Assembly: GCA_026991575.1 (NCBI GenBank)
Contig: JALXBF010000105.1
Span: forward strand, 1-64,000
DNA length: 64,000 bases
Direction: 5' to 3'
DNA from: Planctomycetota bacterium
GTDB taxonomy: Bacteria > Planctomycetota > Planctomycetia > JALXBF01
Part shown: piece after piece, positions 54,692-64,000 of the stretch
Layout of the letters: each line of letters opens with the position of its first letter
Position numbering within the stretch: the stretch's first letter is position 1
Translations under genes and position numbers: made by a program
Notes under the pieces: generated by a model
Database searches by the model: none
Told to the model about the DNA's origin: nothing
Seen by the model: only the letters and a program-made list of their open reading frames with translations

Positions 54692-57600
54692 CTAGTAATT
54701 ACCAGCAAGCAAGTCCTGGGCTGAAACCACGCCGATGATTCCCAGCGCCATCTCGTCGAGTTGGTCGCACAGGCGCCTGAGGTCCTTGACTCCGGCCTGC
54801 CACTTTGGCGTCACGAAACTTCGTCTCAGCTCGTGTGCCCAGAGCCAGCCGGGTGTCGTGGCGACGGTGGCCGTAGAGCGACTCAGCTCATCCATCCAGG
54901 CCGGTTGCGGGTTGCCGTTCTCGATACTCCGGTCCATTGCCGTTGTGAGCACCTGCACCCATTCGCTTTCGGGCACTTTGTACTTGTCGTCGTGGCTGAC
55001 GAGCATCTCGACGGCGGTTTGCAGGAACGCATGATCCACACAGTGGCGGAAGACGTTGTTGATCAAGTCGCGGACCGAGCCCAGCACGATTCCGTACTTG
55101 CGTTCCAGCTCGTGCAGCTCGGCGCAGAATGTCTCGATCACATCGCCTACGAGCACGTCTTCGGCCATGATGCGTCTGGCCACCTTGATGTCGTGTGCAG
55201 CAAGCCCCCGGAACAAGGCGCTGTTGAGTTGCGCTGCGACGTACAACCGCTTGGCTCGGGCAACGAGCCGTAGGAAGTCCAAGAGCACGTACAGGAAGTT
55301 GCCGTAGTCCGAGTAGACGGTGCTTGAGTTGTATTCGAGGTACGTGTCGTACTCGCTGGCAATACAGCCGACGATAACTCGCACGAGACGTCTCAACCGC
55401 AGCTGCTCTTCTCGACTGGCCGACATGTAGTAATCGACCAGCGCTGGTCGTTCCGTGCCGTGCCGGGACTCGGCCAATTCCTTTAGGTACGCATCCAGGC
55501 CTATGTCGAGGAGTCGCAGTAGATTGCCCCGCTGCATGAAGTCCTGTGTGAACAGATCTCCGCCGAACTCCTTGATGAACTCCACGACGGCCTTCCAGAT
55601 GTCCTCTTCCAACAGGGCCATCGCTTCGGCCGGAGCCGGCGCGGGACAGAGGTAGGAGTAGAGCGTGCCGAGGTAGGCGCGCAGGTCTCTCCAGAGGGAC
55701 AGCACTTCCCGCGCACCGTTGCTGCGGGCGCTACCGTTGTCAAGTTGCCTTGCTGCCTTGGCCAGGGCGGGAGCCAGGACGCGTGCGATCGCTTCGTAGG
55801 TGCTCAGGGGGATCTCCGAGTCCTGGGCCAGTGGCAATGGTTGGCCGAGTCCGACGTCTCGGCCGCTACTGCCGCCCACAACACCGACCACGATCTCCAT
55901 GGCCACATCCGGTGCTCCGGCATAGACGAGTGACGCAGCGAGTTCTGCCAGCGAGGCAACAATCCAACGAGGCTGGATCTGAGCTTCGCCTCGTGCTCCG
56001 CTCGACGTGCGCCGCCCCGTCGGGTCGATCCCCTCCCGCTGCGCGAGGATGGTCTCAACCAGCGTCTCGGCTCTCCACTTCAGGTCCTTACGCGCTCCAG
56101 CCAACAACGCGCGACGCAGATCGATGGCTGCCATCGCCCAGCGCGGCGCCTCTTCCGTGAAGGAGCTTGCCAGGTCATCGGGCACAAGCGCGGAGAGCGT
56201 TTCGGCAGCTCGAACCATGTATAACGCTGCGTGGGCGACATCGGAAAGACAGCGATGCAGAATGGCCAACATCCGCTCGTAGTAACGCCGCAAAGCGGTA
56301 AGGCTTGGCTGGCCAGGTAAGTCAAAGGACAGCAGCAGTTCCAGGAAGTCGACGAGCTGGCGGTAGTAGTCGGTGGCCAGTGTGATCCAGTCGGCAATCT
56401 GCTCGTCCTGTTCCCTCCGATCAGCTCCCGCCAACTTCGGGCCGTGCACCGCTATGGCGTGCCAGATGTGGCTCAAGGAGCTCAGGTAGTCGGCATGGTG
56501 CCCGATGTAGGCGGTGAACGTCATGACGTTTGATACAAAAGCATCAAACTGGTCGTTGACCACTGCCTCGAACGTCGCGTTGATGTCTGCGAGCAGATCC
56601 TCGTCGGTTTCTTTCCCTTCGCCCCATTCCTTGTCGACGGAGGCATCGACGTTTTCTTCCAGCCCCAGGCGGAGCAGGTCGTGCCAGGTGTCGAGGACGT
56701 CCTCTTTGTACGGTTCGTCGTCGATGGTCTGCTCGGCCAGGTTACGATATTCAGTGACGAGTTGGTGCCTCCGTGCCCGGCTCGCTGGGTCGGCGTCGAC
56801 TGGGACCACGGGCAGGGACGGGCCAAAGAACTGTTCGTCGACGGTCTGCCAGTCGTCGTTTCTCTTGTTCGCGAAGTATTCCTGAAGTGTCCAGCCGCGA
56901 GGTGGCCATTGTGGAACGTCCTGTCCCCAGTCACGCCGGTAGTAGTCGAGCCATTCCTCGACGGAAAAGCCGTCGGGCAGCTTCCGGTAGCACTGAGGGA
57001 GCAGTTCCAGTGCGTTGACAAACGCAGCCAACCGGTACCAGACCACTTGATCCAATGTGGCACGCTGTCGGATCTTCTCCCTCTCTTGCTGCCAGCGGCT
57101 TATCACGGTGCGTACCCAGTTGAGCGCTAGCTCGGCCGGCGTAGCCACGGGCACGGCTCCGGTGAGAACAGGCGCCTCTGCTGCGGCATACAGGATGACC
57201 TCCGCTGCCGTGCGCAGGTAGCCTCGCTTGATCAACTGCCCGACCACGATGGCGCGTGTGACTGGCCCCAGTTCAACGGCGAGTCGGAGCCACGACAGCG
57301 GGTCATCTTCGAGGTTGCTCTCCGCGGCGAAGCGCTGCAGCCACGCGGCTTCCAGCGCCGCCGCGCGCTGGCCATATGAGCGGACTTCGTCGGGGAAACT
57401 GCCCCCCTCCGACATCCACCAGTCACTCAGTGACCGCAGCGTCTTGAGGATGCTCTGCGCCAGCGGGGCCTTCCCGGCCAGGACCGCACTGATGGCCACT
57501 TCGGTCAGCGCGTACAGCACGTCCCGGTATTCGAACGTCAATCGGCCCAGGCGACTGTCGACGACGGCATCCTGCGGTGCCGGCCCGAGAGGGAATTGGC

Positions 57601-58996
57601 CACTAAAGGCGATGTAGTCTTTGGGGGTCCCAAGCGTCCGGTTGCGAACCCCCTCGCGCAAGCACGCTCCGGCCTGGCGTACCAGTCGCGCGGCCGTGTC
57701 GAGCTTGCCCTGCTCCAGCGCCCTTCTGGCCTCCCCGACCAGGCAGGCTACCTCACCGATACACCGTCCGAAGCGGCTGGTCTGTCGCTGCCAGAAGGTC
57801 CTGGCTGCAGTAGCCAGGCCGGCGTCCAGAGCCGCATGCATGGCATCCTGATTCAGATGCTGGGCGGCTACACGGCGCATCAGGGCCCGGTTCACATGCT
57901 GGCGCACCCCGGCGAAGGGCTGCCGGTAACGCCGCCGGTCTGCCTCGGCCCACCGGGCCAGGTGCTTGGGGCAGTTCCTGAAATGGTGTTGGTAAAAGCC
58001 ATCGCGTGCGTACGGCAGATTACGAACTACCTCGCTCAGGATCGACCGGCTGCCGTGGCCGTCGGGCCGAATGCCCGACGCACCGGCGGCAATCATCATG
58101 GTCCCGCCTAACACGGTCGCCGCCGCATAGGTGCGGTAGTGCAGCAACTCGAGCTGCTCCGAGGCGCTGGAACAGTCACGCAATCCGTCGGAGGCAAACG
58201 TCCAGGAGAGCAGCTCATCGAGCAGCCACTTACGGAACACGAACCGGCGATGGTTGCCCAGGTCATTGAGGTACTCCGGGTCGTACTCGCCCATCACGTG
58301 CCCCGGACGATGATAGGCTGGGTGAAGGAAGTCATACTCGTCCAGTTCCAGGGCGATTTCGTCGAGCTGCTTCAGGTCGATGCTGGCCTCCAGTAAGAGC
58401 TCCTCGGGCGTCTGCTCCAGCAGTTCCAGCAGCTGACGGATAAGCAGCTCGTACTTCGTGTACGCCACGCCGACGCCGGCTACCCACAGCGGCACGATCA
58501 GCCGACGCTGTTGCGGTGCAGCCTTCTGCTCCTCGTGCGCCGCACGGTGCAGGATCGACCGGGGGCTGTAGCCGCGGAAGCAGCGCAGTTCGCGTACGAC
58601 GACGTCGGCAAGTTCCGCATCGGAGTCCCGCTCGCGGTACTGGCTCAACGCGGCACAGAACGCGCGGGCCAACACGAACGGGCTGACCAGTAGCTGCTCG
58701 GCATCATCGGGCAACGGCCCGTCGGGATCGTCCAACACAAGGATCCGATTAAAGGCCGTGCCAAGGATCGCGTCAAGCAACCGACGGACCTTCCGCGGTT
58801 GCACGATCCCGTCCTCTTCACGGATGCAGCGATCGAGCTCTTTCTCCAACAGTTCGAGCAGCTGCTCCGGGGAACGACAGTCTGCCGCCCGGCATAGCCG
58901 GTCGAAAGCCGTTGCGAGCTGATCGAAATGGCCACCCTCCGTCAGGCTGGCCAGCTGCAAGACCTGACGGGCGCGCTGCGCTACGTCCATCGTCAC
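54692..58996 (-). CDS. Large (1434 aa) predominantly helical hypothetical protein
   Basis: Uninterrupted ORF with protein-like composition and AGGGG RBS; no catalytic motif, signal peptide or clear TM recognised. Confidence 0.85.
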   Translation of the reverse strand: MTMDVAQRARQVLQLASLTEGGHFDQLATAFDRLCRAADCRSPEQLLELLEKELDRCIREEDGIVQPRKVRRLLDAILGTAFNRILVLDDPDGPLPDDAEQLLVSPFVLARAFCAALSQYRERDSDAELADVVVRELRCFRGYSPRSILHRAAHEEQKAAPQQRRLIVPLWVAGVGVAYTKYELLIRQLLELLEQTPEELLLEASIDLKQLDEIALELDEYDFLHPAYHRPGHVMGEYDPEYLNDLGNHRRFVFRKWLLDELLSWTFASDGLRDCSSASEQLELLHYRTYAAATVLGGTMMIAAGASGIRPDGHGSRSILSEVVRNLPYARDGFYQHHFRNCPKHLARWAEADRRRYRQPFAGVRQHVNRALMRRVAAQHLNQDAMHAALDAGLATAARTFWQRQTSRFGRCIGEVACLVGEARRALEQGKLDTAARLVRQAGACLREGVRNRTLGTPKDYIAFSGQFPLGPAPQDAVVDSRLGRLTFEYRDVLYALTEVAISAVLAGKAPLAQSILKTLRSLSDWWMSEGGSFPDEVRSYGQRAAALEAAWLQRFAAESNLEDDPLSWLRLAVELGPVTRAIVVGQLIKRGYLRTAAEVILYAAAEAPVLTGAVPVATPAELALNWVRTVISRWQQEREKIRQRATLDQVVWYRLAAFVNALELLPQCYRKLPDGFSVEEWLDYYRRDWGQDVPQWPPRGWTLQEYFANKRNDDWQTVDEQFFGPSLPVVPVDADPASRARRHQLVTEYRNLAEQTIDDEPYKEDVLDTWHDLLRLGLEENVDASVDKEWGEGKETDEDLLADINATFEAVVNDQFDAFVSNVMTFTAYIGHHADYLSSLSHIWHAIAVHGPKLAGADRREQDEQIADWITLATDYYRQLVDFLELLLSFDLPGQPSLTALRRYYERMLAILHRCLSDVAHAALYMVRAAETLSALVPDDLASSFTEEAPRWAMAAIDLRRALLAGARKDLKWRAETLVETILAQREGIDPTGRRTSSGARGEAQIQPRWIVASLAELAASLVYAGAPDVAMEIVVGVVGGSSGRDVGLGQPLPLAQDSEIPLSTYEAIARVLAPALAKAARQLDNGSARSNGAREVLSLWRDLRAYLGTLYSYLCPAPAPAEAMALLEEDIWKAVVEFIKEFGGDLFTQDFMQRGNLLRLLDIGLDAYLKELAESRHGTERPALVDYYMSASREEQLRLRRLVRVIVGCIASEYDTYLEYNSSTVYSDYGNFLYVLLDFLRLVARAKRLYVAAQLNSALFRGLAAHDIKVARRIMAEDVLVGDVIETFCAELHELERKYGIVLGSVRDLINNVFRHCVDHAFLQTAVEMLVSHDDKYKVPESEWVQVLTTAMDRSIENGNPQPAWMDELSRSTATVATTPGWLWAHELRRSFVTPKWQAGVKDLRRLCDQLDEMALGIIGVVSAQDLLAGNY

Positions 58997-59202
58997 AACC
59001 CCTAGCTATAGCCCCAGAGTTTCGAGATGTCGAATCCCTGCCGCACAAGCATGGAACCCGAATCTCCTCGAAGCGACTTCCTGGCGGGACGCCACCTGGA
59101 TGATTCGCATGCGTGCTGCGCGCCCCCCCTGAGCCGCTCAGCCACAGACCACGTCAACAGCGTGGCCGGCGTATATCTTACTGCGATCGACGACGCGGCT
59201 GC

Positions 59203-60339
59203 TCACCCACTCGGCCGACCGGCCTGCTCCGCCTCCCACCGCTCCAGCTCTTCCAACAGGGCATCGACCATCTCCGCTTCGCGGACGTGACGCACGATCC
59301 TGCCATTGCGAAAGATCACCCCCTTGCCACGGCCCGCAGCAATGCCAATGTCCGCCTCACGTGCCTCCCCCGGACCGTTCACGACACAGCCGAGGATCGA
59401 GATCTTCACGGGGAGCTTGCGGCCGGCCAGGCGGCGCTCCACCTCAGCCACAATTCGCTCAAGGTCGATCTCCAACCGACCGCATGTCGGACAGGCGATC
59501 ACTTCCGGCTTATGCACGCGCCGGCCCGTGGCCTGCAGGATGTCAAAGGCGGCACGGATCTCGTCGGTCTTGTCCTCCGTCAATAGCGACACGCGGATCG
59601 TGTCACCGATGCCCCGCAACAAGATGGCACCCAGCCCCGCCGCACTCTTGGTGACACCATACGGCGGCGGGCCCGCCTCGGTGATGCCGATGTGCGTCGG
59701 ATAATCGCACTGCTCGGCAAACAGCTCATACGCGCGGACAGCCGTGGGTACGTGACTAGACTTCAGCGATACGACGATCTGATCGTAGCCTTCCGCTTCA
59801 GCCAGCTCAATGTACCGCAGCGCACTTTCCACCATCGCCTCCGGACACGGCCAACCGTACTTGTCGATCAGGTCCTTTTCCAGACTGCCCGCATTGACGC
59901 CCAGCCGCATGGGCACGCCCTTCTGGCGTGCCCGCCGTACGACCTCCAGGAACCGGTCGCGACCACCAATGTTGCCCGGATTGATGCGGACCTTGTCGCA
60001 GCCAAGCTCGATGCACCCCAGGGCCATGCGGTAGTCGAAATGGATGTCGCAGATTAAGGGGATGCCGATCCGGCTGCGGATGATCGGTACCTTTTCGAGA
60101 GCCGCGGGGCGTGGCACCGTGATGCGGACCAGCTCACAGCCAGCCTGCTCCAATCGGTGAATCTGCGCCACCGTGGCCTCAACATCCTCCGTGTGGGTGG
60201 AAGTCATCGACTGAACCCAGATCGGGTTCTCGCCGCCGATGACCTTGTCCCCCACCTGGACCTCTCGCGTCTTGCGCCGCTGGACAACCGTGCTATACGC
60301 CATAGGTCTGCCGCGCCCGGTTTCGTTCACAGCGTTCAT
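59203..60339 (-). CDS. ispG: (E)-4-hydroxy-3-methylbut-2-enyl-diphosphate synthase
   Basis: VQSMT, DIHFDY, RINPGNIG, GVNAGSLE, HIGITEAG, GIGDTIRVSL, CPTCGR, GCVVNGPGEA. Start may be ATG 60303. Confidence 0.97.
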   Translation of the reverse strand: MNAVNETGRGRPMAYSTVVQRRKTREVQVGDKVIGGENPIWVQSMTSTHTEDVEATVAQIHRLEQAGCELVRITVPRPAALEKVPIIRSRIGIPLICDIHFDYRMALGCIELGCDKVRINPGNIGGRDRFLEVVRRARQKGVPMRLGVNAGSLEKDLIDKYGWPCPEAMVESALRYIELAEAEGYDQIVVSLKSSHVPTAVRAYELFAEQCDYPTHIGITEAGPPPYGVTKSAAGLGAILLRGIGDTIRVSLLTEDKTDEIRAAFDILQATGRRVHKPEVIACPTCGRLEIDLERIVAEVERRLAGRKLPVKISILGCVVNGPGEAREADIGIAAGRGKGVIFRNGRIVRHVREAEMVDALLEELERWEAEQAGRPSG

Positions 60340-60425
60340 GCATCGCCACGAATCGTTAAATTCTAGAAATGCTGGTCAGCACACACGTCCGCCGCGTGCG
60401 TAGCACGCCGCAGCGGCTGCCGGGG

Positions 60426-61196
60426 ATGAGCGGCTCGATGAGCAAGACACGCCGAGCGTACGAGACCAAGTTCCGCCTTCTGCTGGCGCTACTAAACCCC
60501 GCCACGATCGAACGGGGCGTGGCTACCCTGGTGCGACATGCCCGGCGGATCGCTGAGCAGGAGCGGATTCCCGAATCGCGCGCCCTGGAACGCGTCTACC
60601 GTACGCTGCATGAGCGCGCCCAGCAGATCCTGGCGCGCCACGGGCTGCGCGCCCACCCGGGGCTGGCCCGCTGGCGCGGCCGGCTAACGCCGACCGAGGT
60701 CCAGTTCCTGTGTGATGCCGGCCTGGGAGGGCTGGCCCGTTGGCTTCGTGCCGCTGGCTACCCGGCACACTGGATCGCGAACGTCTCCGACGATGAGCTG
60801 ATCCAACGGGCGCTCAAGACCGGCGAGGTGCTGCTTACCACGGATACCCACATCCTGAAACGGGGGGTCGTCCGCCGAGGTGAGGTACGCGCTCTCTGGA
60901 TACCCCCCTCGCTGACGAAGAAAGAACAACTCACGTACGTGCTCCGCGAGCTTGCCCTGCCCGTGCAACCCGCGCGGTGCATGGCATGCGGCGGACCACT
61001 GAGTGAGGTGGACAAGAAAAAGGTCCGAGACCAGATCCCACCACGCACGTACCGCTGGCTCGACCGCTTCTACCGCTGCACCGCCTGCGGCAAGCTCTAC
61101 TGGGAAGGAACGCACTGGCAAAACATCCAGCAAACGCTCGATCAGCTGCCACCGGGACCGTCGCCGCTGCCCCAGGATCCCCAGGGGCGCAGCTAG
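60426..61196 (+). CDS. Mut7-C RNase domain protein with an N-terminal extension
   Basis: FLCDAGLGGLARWLRAAGY, LLTTD, RCMACGG.L, FYRCTACGKLYWEGTHW. Confidence 0.88.
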   Translation: MSGSMSKTRRAYETKFRLLLALLNPATIERGVATLVRHARRIAEQERIPESRALERVYRTLHERAQQILARHGLRAHPGLARWRGRLTPTEVQFLCDAGLGGLARWLRAAGYPAHWIANVSDDELIQRALKTGEVLLTTDTHILKRGVVRRGEVRALWIPPSLTKKEQLTYVLRELALPVQPARCMACGGPLSEVDKKKVRDQIPPRTYRWLDRFYRCTACGKLYWEGTHWQNIQQTLDQLPPGPSPLPQDPQGRS

Positions 61197-61309
61197 CCTC
61201 TTCTGTAGTGCACCGGCCCGCCGGGTGCCGTGTTATCGCGCGAGCTAAGGGGCAGACCAACCTCGCCGACTGGTCAGGCGGTTGCCGATGGTCAGCGCAC
61301 CGGTCGCAG

Positions 61310-61612
61310 CTATCGCGGGTTGCCAGCCGGAAGCGGTACGCGAACCGCCAGCACGAAGTGAGGGCTCTTCTGCTGCTCGCTCAACTCCCGGGCACGCCGA
61401 TCAGCCTGGTCGCGTGCTGCGTAGTCGTAAATAGCCACCTGCCGCATGGAGCTGCTGACCACCGCCCAGCAGAGGCGTACGCGTTCTGGTGAGCGAGTGG
61501 CCGCTCGCCTCGTGCGTCGCGGCGTACTCGTTTGGCCCGAGCGCTTGCGGGCTCCGGTGCCCGCGTCCGAACTGTCTTTGCCAGCATCCGCACGGCTTGC
61601 CTTACGAGCCAT
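61310..61612 (-). CDS. Small basic hypothetical protein
   Basis: Very strong RBS (AGGAAAGGAGG); R/K/S/T-rich N-tail plus a compact C-terminal domain (RLCWAV..SMRQVAIYDY...KSPHFV). Confidence 0.75.
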   Translation of the reverse strand: MARKASRADAGKDSSDAGTGARKRSGQTSTPRRTRRAATRSPERVRLCWAVVSSSMRQVAIYDYAARDQADRRARELSEQQKSPHFVLAVRVPLPAGNPR

Positions 61613-61864
61613 GACAGCCTCCTTTCCTAAGCGGGGGCCAGACGAGAGACAGCGCAGGCAAACTCACTAGCGTGTGCGGAAGGGTGGACCGGGAGAAAGG
61701 GTACTCCGATGGCATGCGTTCCCTGTTCCAACCGCACCCTTGCCTGCGCCTTTTACTATAGCGAAATCGTGCTGCCGTTGCAGCGCCAATCTGGTCGCGT
61801 CGCCAGTGGATCCTCGGGACGCGAGCCTTAGGTCGCTGCAGGCCTTCAGAACCGGAGTACTGCG

Positions 61865-62812
61865 ATGCCTGCTTTGACCCGACGCCGATTCCTGCTTGGC
61901 CTGTCTGCAGCCTGCTGCGCCGCAGGGGGCCTCTTTGCCCGTCGCACCACCAGCGGCCAACAAACGCCGCCGCAGCCGCCCAGCACCCCCCTGTATCCGA
62001 TCGATGTCTGTACCGACAGCGCCGGCCAACTCTACGTCAGCGACAGCCGGCTGCATGCGGTCTGGATCCTAACCCAAGACGGCTACAAGCTCCTCTATCG
62101 TGGCAGCGACCGGTACCGCACGCCCCTCTATCGCGCCTGGGACATCGCGCCGTTGGGCGAGGATGGCTTCGTGGTCTCCGATCCAGGCACGATGGACGTC
62201 TGGCTGTTGCGTAAGGACGGCAGCATAAAGCCATTCACGGCTCGACTGATCCGGCCTGAGGAGGACAAGCAGTTGCCGGTGCGCGAGCAGCGGTTCGCGG
62301 GTCTGTTTGACAAGCCGATGGCGTTGGCGGTAGCCGACGACGGCACCGTCTACGTCGCCGACCTCGGCCTGAACGGTGTTTACAGACTGAGCAAACCGGG
62401 CACCGAACCCGAGCAGATCGGCACCGTGCCGGCGCCGCGCGGCATCGTGATCGATCGCGACGGTTCGCTGGTGATCGTTTCGCACGGCAAGCAGCAGCTC
62501 GTGCGTCTCAGTGCCGACGGCAAGCTCAGCCCGATTGTCGACGGATTCATCGCCCCGTCTGATGTTGTCTCCTTCCCGCACCAGGTGGTGCTCTGGGGCG
62601 AGGACGGCTACCTAGTCAGCGACGGGTACGCCCGTACTCTGTGGCACATCGATGCAAAAGGCAACGTGAAGCCGCTGGTGCAAGGCGATCCGCTGCGCAA
62701 CCCGGTTGGCCTGTGGCGCTCCCCTGACGGTACCGTCTACCTGGCAGATCCCCATGCCCGCAAGATCTACCGGGTAGAATCCGACGGCAAACTACAGATT
62801 GCGGGAGCGTAA
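61865..62812 (+). CDS. Tat-exported NHL/beta-propeller protein
   Basis: TRRRFL twin-arginine signal; repeats LYVSDS, VYVADLG, APRGI, NPVGL..PDGTVYLAD; GGAG RBS. Confidence 0.85.
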   Translation: MPALTRRRFLLGLSAACCAAGGLFARRTTSGQQTPPQPPSTPLYPIDVCTDSAGQLYVSDSRLHAVWILTQDGYKLLYRGSDRYRTPLYRAWDIAPLGEDGFVVSDPGTMDVWLLRKDGSIKPFTARLIRPEEDKQLPVREQRFAGLFDKPMALAVADDGTVYVADLGLNGVYRLSKPGTEPEQIGTVPAPRGIVIDRDGSLVIVSHGKQQLVRLSADGKLSPIVDGFIAPSDVVSFPHQVVLWGEDGYLVSDGYARTLWHIDAKGNVKPLVQGDPLRNPVGLWRSPDGTVYLADPHARKIYRVESDGKLQIAGA

Positions 62813-62818
62813 CCGGTC

Positions 62819-64000
62819 ATGAGCCACTGGTGGCGGTTCTCCGGCCCGGGCGAGCTGATCTTCGGCTGCGGGTGCTTGAGTGAACTGGGTGAGTTGATCG
62901 AGCGGCACCACTGGTCGTACGTTCTGGTGGTAAGCGATCGGAAGTTGGCAGAGGTGGGCATCACGGACCGGGTGGTTGCCGCCTGTCGCCCCGCCCACCG
63001 GGTGGACGTGTTCGATCGAGGCCGGCCGGAGCCACCGATCAGTCTGGCAACCGAACTGGCCGATCTGGTCGCGGTCGAGCAGCCGGATGTGCTCATCGGT
63101 GTCGGCGGCGGCAGCAACATCGATCTGGCCAAGAGTGCCGCGTTGCTTGCGCGGTACGGCGCTCCGATCGACAACTACCTCGGTGACAGCAAGGTGCCCG
63201 GTCCCATCTTGCCGGTGATCGGGGTGCCGACGACGGCCGGCACAGGCAGCGAGGTGTCCTGCGCGGCCGTGCTCACCGACGAAGCCAAGCGGATGAAAGT
63301 GGCGATCCTCAGCCGCTACCTGCGGCCCGTGGCCGCCGTCGTTGACCCGGAGCTGACGCGCAGCTGCCCGCCGCGAGTCACCGGTGATGCTGGCATCGAC
63401 GCCCTGGCGCACGCCATCGAAGCCTACACGGCCATCGATTACCGCGACTTCACGCCCGAAGAACCCACCGTCTACCAGGGTGCGTTTCCGATGACAGATC
63501 TGCTGGCCGAGAAGGCCATCGAGCTCATCGGCCGGTACCTAGTACGGGCCTACCAGAACGGCGACGACATGGAAGCGCGCGAAGGGATGGCCCTGGCTGC
63601 GACGCTTGCCGGGTTAGCGTTCTCAAATGCATGCGTTGGTATCGTGCATGCGATGGAGTATCCGGTCGGCGGTGCCGTGCACTGCTCGCATGGCTGCGGC
63701 AACGGCATCCTGCTGCCGCATGCGATGCGGTTCAACCTGGAGGCCCGTCGCGAACGGTTTGCCAGAATCGCCCACCTGCTCGGTGCTGCCGGTCCAGACA
63801 CACCCGTTAACGAGGCTGCCGAAGCGGCGATCGCCGCGGTCGAAAAGCTGCGCGATGCCGTGGGCATTCCGGCTCGGTTGCGCGAGGTGGGCGTGAAGCG
63901 CGAACAGTTAAACGAGTTTGCGGTCAAAGCGTACGCCATCCAGCGCGTCATCCGGCTGAATCCCCGCCCGGTACGCGGCCAAGACCTGTTGGCCATCTAC
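62819..64000 (+). CDS. Iron-containing alcohol dehydrogenase (hydroxyacid-oxoacid transhydrogenase-like); truncated by the window edge
   Basis: Not in the ORF track; translated by hand from ATG 62819: GGGSNIDLAK, PTTAGTGSE, GIDALAHAIEAY, HAMEYPVGGAVHCSHG; open to 64000. Confidence 0.9.
   Translation, partial: MSHWWRFSGPGELIFGCGCLSELGELIERHHWSYVLVVSDRKLAEVGITDRVVAACRPAHRVDVFDRGRPEPPISLATELADLVAVEQPDVLIGVGGGSNIDLAKSAALLARYGAPIDNYLGDSKVPGPILPVIGVPTTAGTGSEVSCAAVLTDEAKRMKVAILSRYLRPVAAVVDPELTRSCPPRVTGDAGIDALAHAIEAYTAIDYRDFTPEEPTVYQGAFPMTDLLAEKAIELIGRYLVRAYQNGDDMEAREGMALAATLAGLAFSNACVGIVHAMEYPVGGAVHCSHGCGNGILLPHAMRFNLEARRERFARIAHLLGAAGPDTPVNEAAEAAIAAVEKLRDAVGIPARLREVGVKREQLNEFAVKAYAIQRVIRLNPRPVRGQDLLAIY

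Noticed and set aside
1..64000. CRISPR arrays, rRNA/tRNA genes, transposases/integrases, prophage genes
   Set aside because: No regularly spaced direct repeats, cloverleaf or T-loop signatures, rRNA-like tracts or recombinase motifs were seen by eye; almost all sequence is explained by protein genes.
8435..64000. A single aldehyde/C1 pathway joining the H4MPT genes, AOR and Fe-ADH
   Set aside because: The loci are more than 20 kb apart and separated by unrelated housekeeping genes; no shared regulatory motif was seen.

Overview
High-GC, gene-dense chromosomal window whose gene content points to a Planctomycetota bacterium (inference from gene families, not from a marker gene). Left to right it carries: (i) a minus-strand ExbB/ExbD-type motor operon with a prenyltransferase/HEAT protein, a TonB-like membrane protein and an FHA protein; (ii) trpS and an M50 protease; (iii) a DUF447-mptG-SDR-pabB operon linked to tetrahydromethanopterin (H4MPT) biosynthesis; (iv) a Tad/Flp pilus locus with extra lipoprotein, AAA-ATPase and TPR genes, a ~650 aa hyper-acidic exported protein and a second, divergent flp; (v) a class III aminotransferase, an MFS-Aas fusion, an orphan ABC permease, rfbD, purN and trxB; (vi) moaD-AOR-mobA; (vii) an ECF sigma factor with a WD40 Ser/Thr kinase; (viii) serS; (ix) a thioredoxin-NHL lipoprotein divergent from a PA14/pentaheme cytochrome c; (x) a GT-C glycosyltransferase, a 1434 aa hypothetical, ispG, a Mut7-C RNase, a small basic protein, a Tat-exported NHL protein and an Fe-dependent alcohol dehydrogenase. 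Two real genes run off the window edges and are missing from the supplied ORF track (1-1209 minus; 62819-64000 plus). No rRNA, tRNA, CRISPR array or transposase was seen. The strongest leads are a recurrent sigma28-like promoter module inside the Tad locus, the hyper-acidic protein, the non-canonical ExbBD machine, the SDR embedded in the methanopterin operon, and a 6S-like rod RNA at about 54.4-54.6 kb. All domain calls are from visual motif recognition; no searches were run.
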